This document shows, piece after piece, positions 37,181 through 38,185 of a stretch of 38,185 nt of DNA. The notes below the pieces were generated by a model. The model saw only the letters and a program-made list of their open reading frames with translations. It was not told where the DNA came from and searched no databases. Numbering within the stretch: the stretch's first letter is position 1; each line of letters begins with the position of its first letter. The DNA lies in sequence record DRR723986_2407. The stretch is one strand, 5' to 3'. The position numbers were made by a program, and so were the translations under genes.

Positions 37181-37495
37181 ATGCAACTAGCCAGACCTTA
37201 CCTATTAGCGCTCGGCGTTAACCTTTCACTCTTGGCCTGCTCGGGCAGTAATTCTGCCGATACTAATGACGAGCCACTTACCGGCAAGCGATTCTTCGAC
37301 TCTGCCGCCAGCAAATTTATTTCAGCCTCCCCCGGTATGACTCGCCGCCAAGCCAATTGCATTGTTTCAGCGATGACAGAGAGCGGAGAGATTGGCCTGG
37401 GAGAAATCAACGCCATGCGCAGCACCGAGAACGGCTTGAGCGGCCGCCAGTCGCTGATGGCGGCCTATCAAAAGGCCGCCGACGCCTGTCGCTAG
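37181..37495 (+). CDS. Small hypothetical lipoprotein
   Basis: AAGGAG RBS, ATG at 37181, lipobox LLAC and two further Cys; 104 aa. Confidence 0.7.
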   Translation: MQLARPYLLALGVNLSLLACSGSNSADTNDEPLTGKRFFDSAASKFISASPGMTRRQANCIVSAMTESGEIGLGEINAMRSTENGLSGRQSLMAAYQKAADACR

Positions 37496-38185
37496 TGTTC
37501 CCTGGTCGCGCGGAAGCGGACTTTCGGGTGGCGCTCTTCGGTCAATGACAGGTTTACCCTTGTCGGGGCAAGGTAGGTGAGGTGGCCACCACCATCGATG
37601 GCGAGGTTCTCGGCGCATTTGCGCTTGAACTCGTCAAAGGCTTTGGGATCGTCGCAATCTACCCAGCGAGCGGTATACACGTTGATCGGCTCGTAGATCG
37701 CCTCAACTTTATATTCGTCCTTGAGTCGGTAGGCGACCACATCAAACTGCAGCACCCCAACTGCCCCGACGATCAAGTCACTGTTGCGCTGAGGCATAAA
37801 CACCTGGGTAGAGCCTTCCTCAGACAATTGTTGAAGGCCCTTTTGCAGCTGCTTGGACTTCATCGGATCACGCAGCCGGATGCGGCGAAACAGCTCAGGC
37901 GCAAAGTGGGGAATGCCGGTAAATTTCAGCTCTTCACCGCCGGTAAACGTATCGCCGATCTGAATAGTGCCGTGGTTGTGCAGGCCGATGATATCGCCAG
38001 ACACCGCCTCCTGCACCAGAGAGCGGTCGCCGGCAAGAAAGCTCACCGCATCGGCGATTTTTACATCTTTACCCAGGCGCACATGGCGCATCTTCATACC
38101 CTTGCTGTAAGTGCCTGAGCAGATGCGCATAAAGGCAATGCGGTCGCGGTGTTTCGGGTCCATATTGGCCTGAATTTTAAAAACA
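37492..38185 (-). CDS. prfC: Peptide chain release factor 3 (3' part; the gene starts beyond the window)
   Basis: [33 protein letters not shown] and [11 protein letters not shown]; frame is open to the window edge. Confidence 0.97.
   Translation of the reverse strand, partial: VFKIQANMDPKHRDRIAFMRICSGTYSKGMKMRHVRLGKDVKIADAVSFLAGDRSLVQEAVSGDIIGLHNHGTIQIGDTFTGGEELKFTGIPHFAPELFRRIRLRDPMKSKQLQKGLQQLSEEGSTQVFMPQRNSDLIVGAVGVLQFDVVAYRLKDEYKVEAIYEPINVYTARWVDCDDPKAFDEFKRKCAENLAIDGGGHLTYLAPTRVNLSLTEERHPKVRFRATREH

Noticed and set aside
1-38185. CRISPR arrays, tRNA/rRNA genes, IS elements, prophage or defence genes
   Set aside because: No regularly spaced repeats, cloverleafs, transposase/integrase motifs or phage genes were seen; nearly all the sequence is explained by the listed CDSs.

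Overview
A gene-dense, GC-rich chromosomal window from a gammaproteobacterium. Gene order and protein style suggest a marine Pseudomonadales/Cellvibrionales-like lineage; this is inference. Positions 368-16588 (minus strand) hold a conserved housekeeping run: lipA-lipB-ybeD-dacA-rlpA-mltB-rodA-mrdA-rlmH-rsfS-nadD-proA, then a LON N-domain gene, an MMPL/RND transporter, ubiX and mpl. Positions 16743-24915 form a nitrate/nitrite-assimilation module: an AlgE-like porin, a membrane-anchored PP2C phosphatase-Ser/Thr kinase fusion and a NarK/NRT2 transporter, with divergent nirBD. The module has three clear sigma54 promoters, IHF sites and NtrC-like boxes, but no nitrate reductase. The right half has ppa, a ZntR-permease operon with a 20-bp-spacer MerR-type promoter, a stand-alone protein with two AP2-like domains, cysE, an M15 peptidase, a patatin, a Rieske protein, sfsA, an AsmA-family gene, an RsmC-like methyltransferase, rsuA, two small exported hypothetical proteins and the 3' part of prfC. 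I saw no rRNA, tRNA, CRISPR array, IS element or prophage. The best candidates for novel biology are the kinase/phosphatase-transporter-porin nitrogen module with its RNA hairpins and the tandem-AP2 protein. All calls come from reading motifs by eye; no database searches were run.
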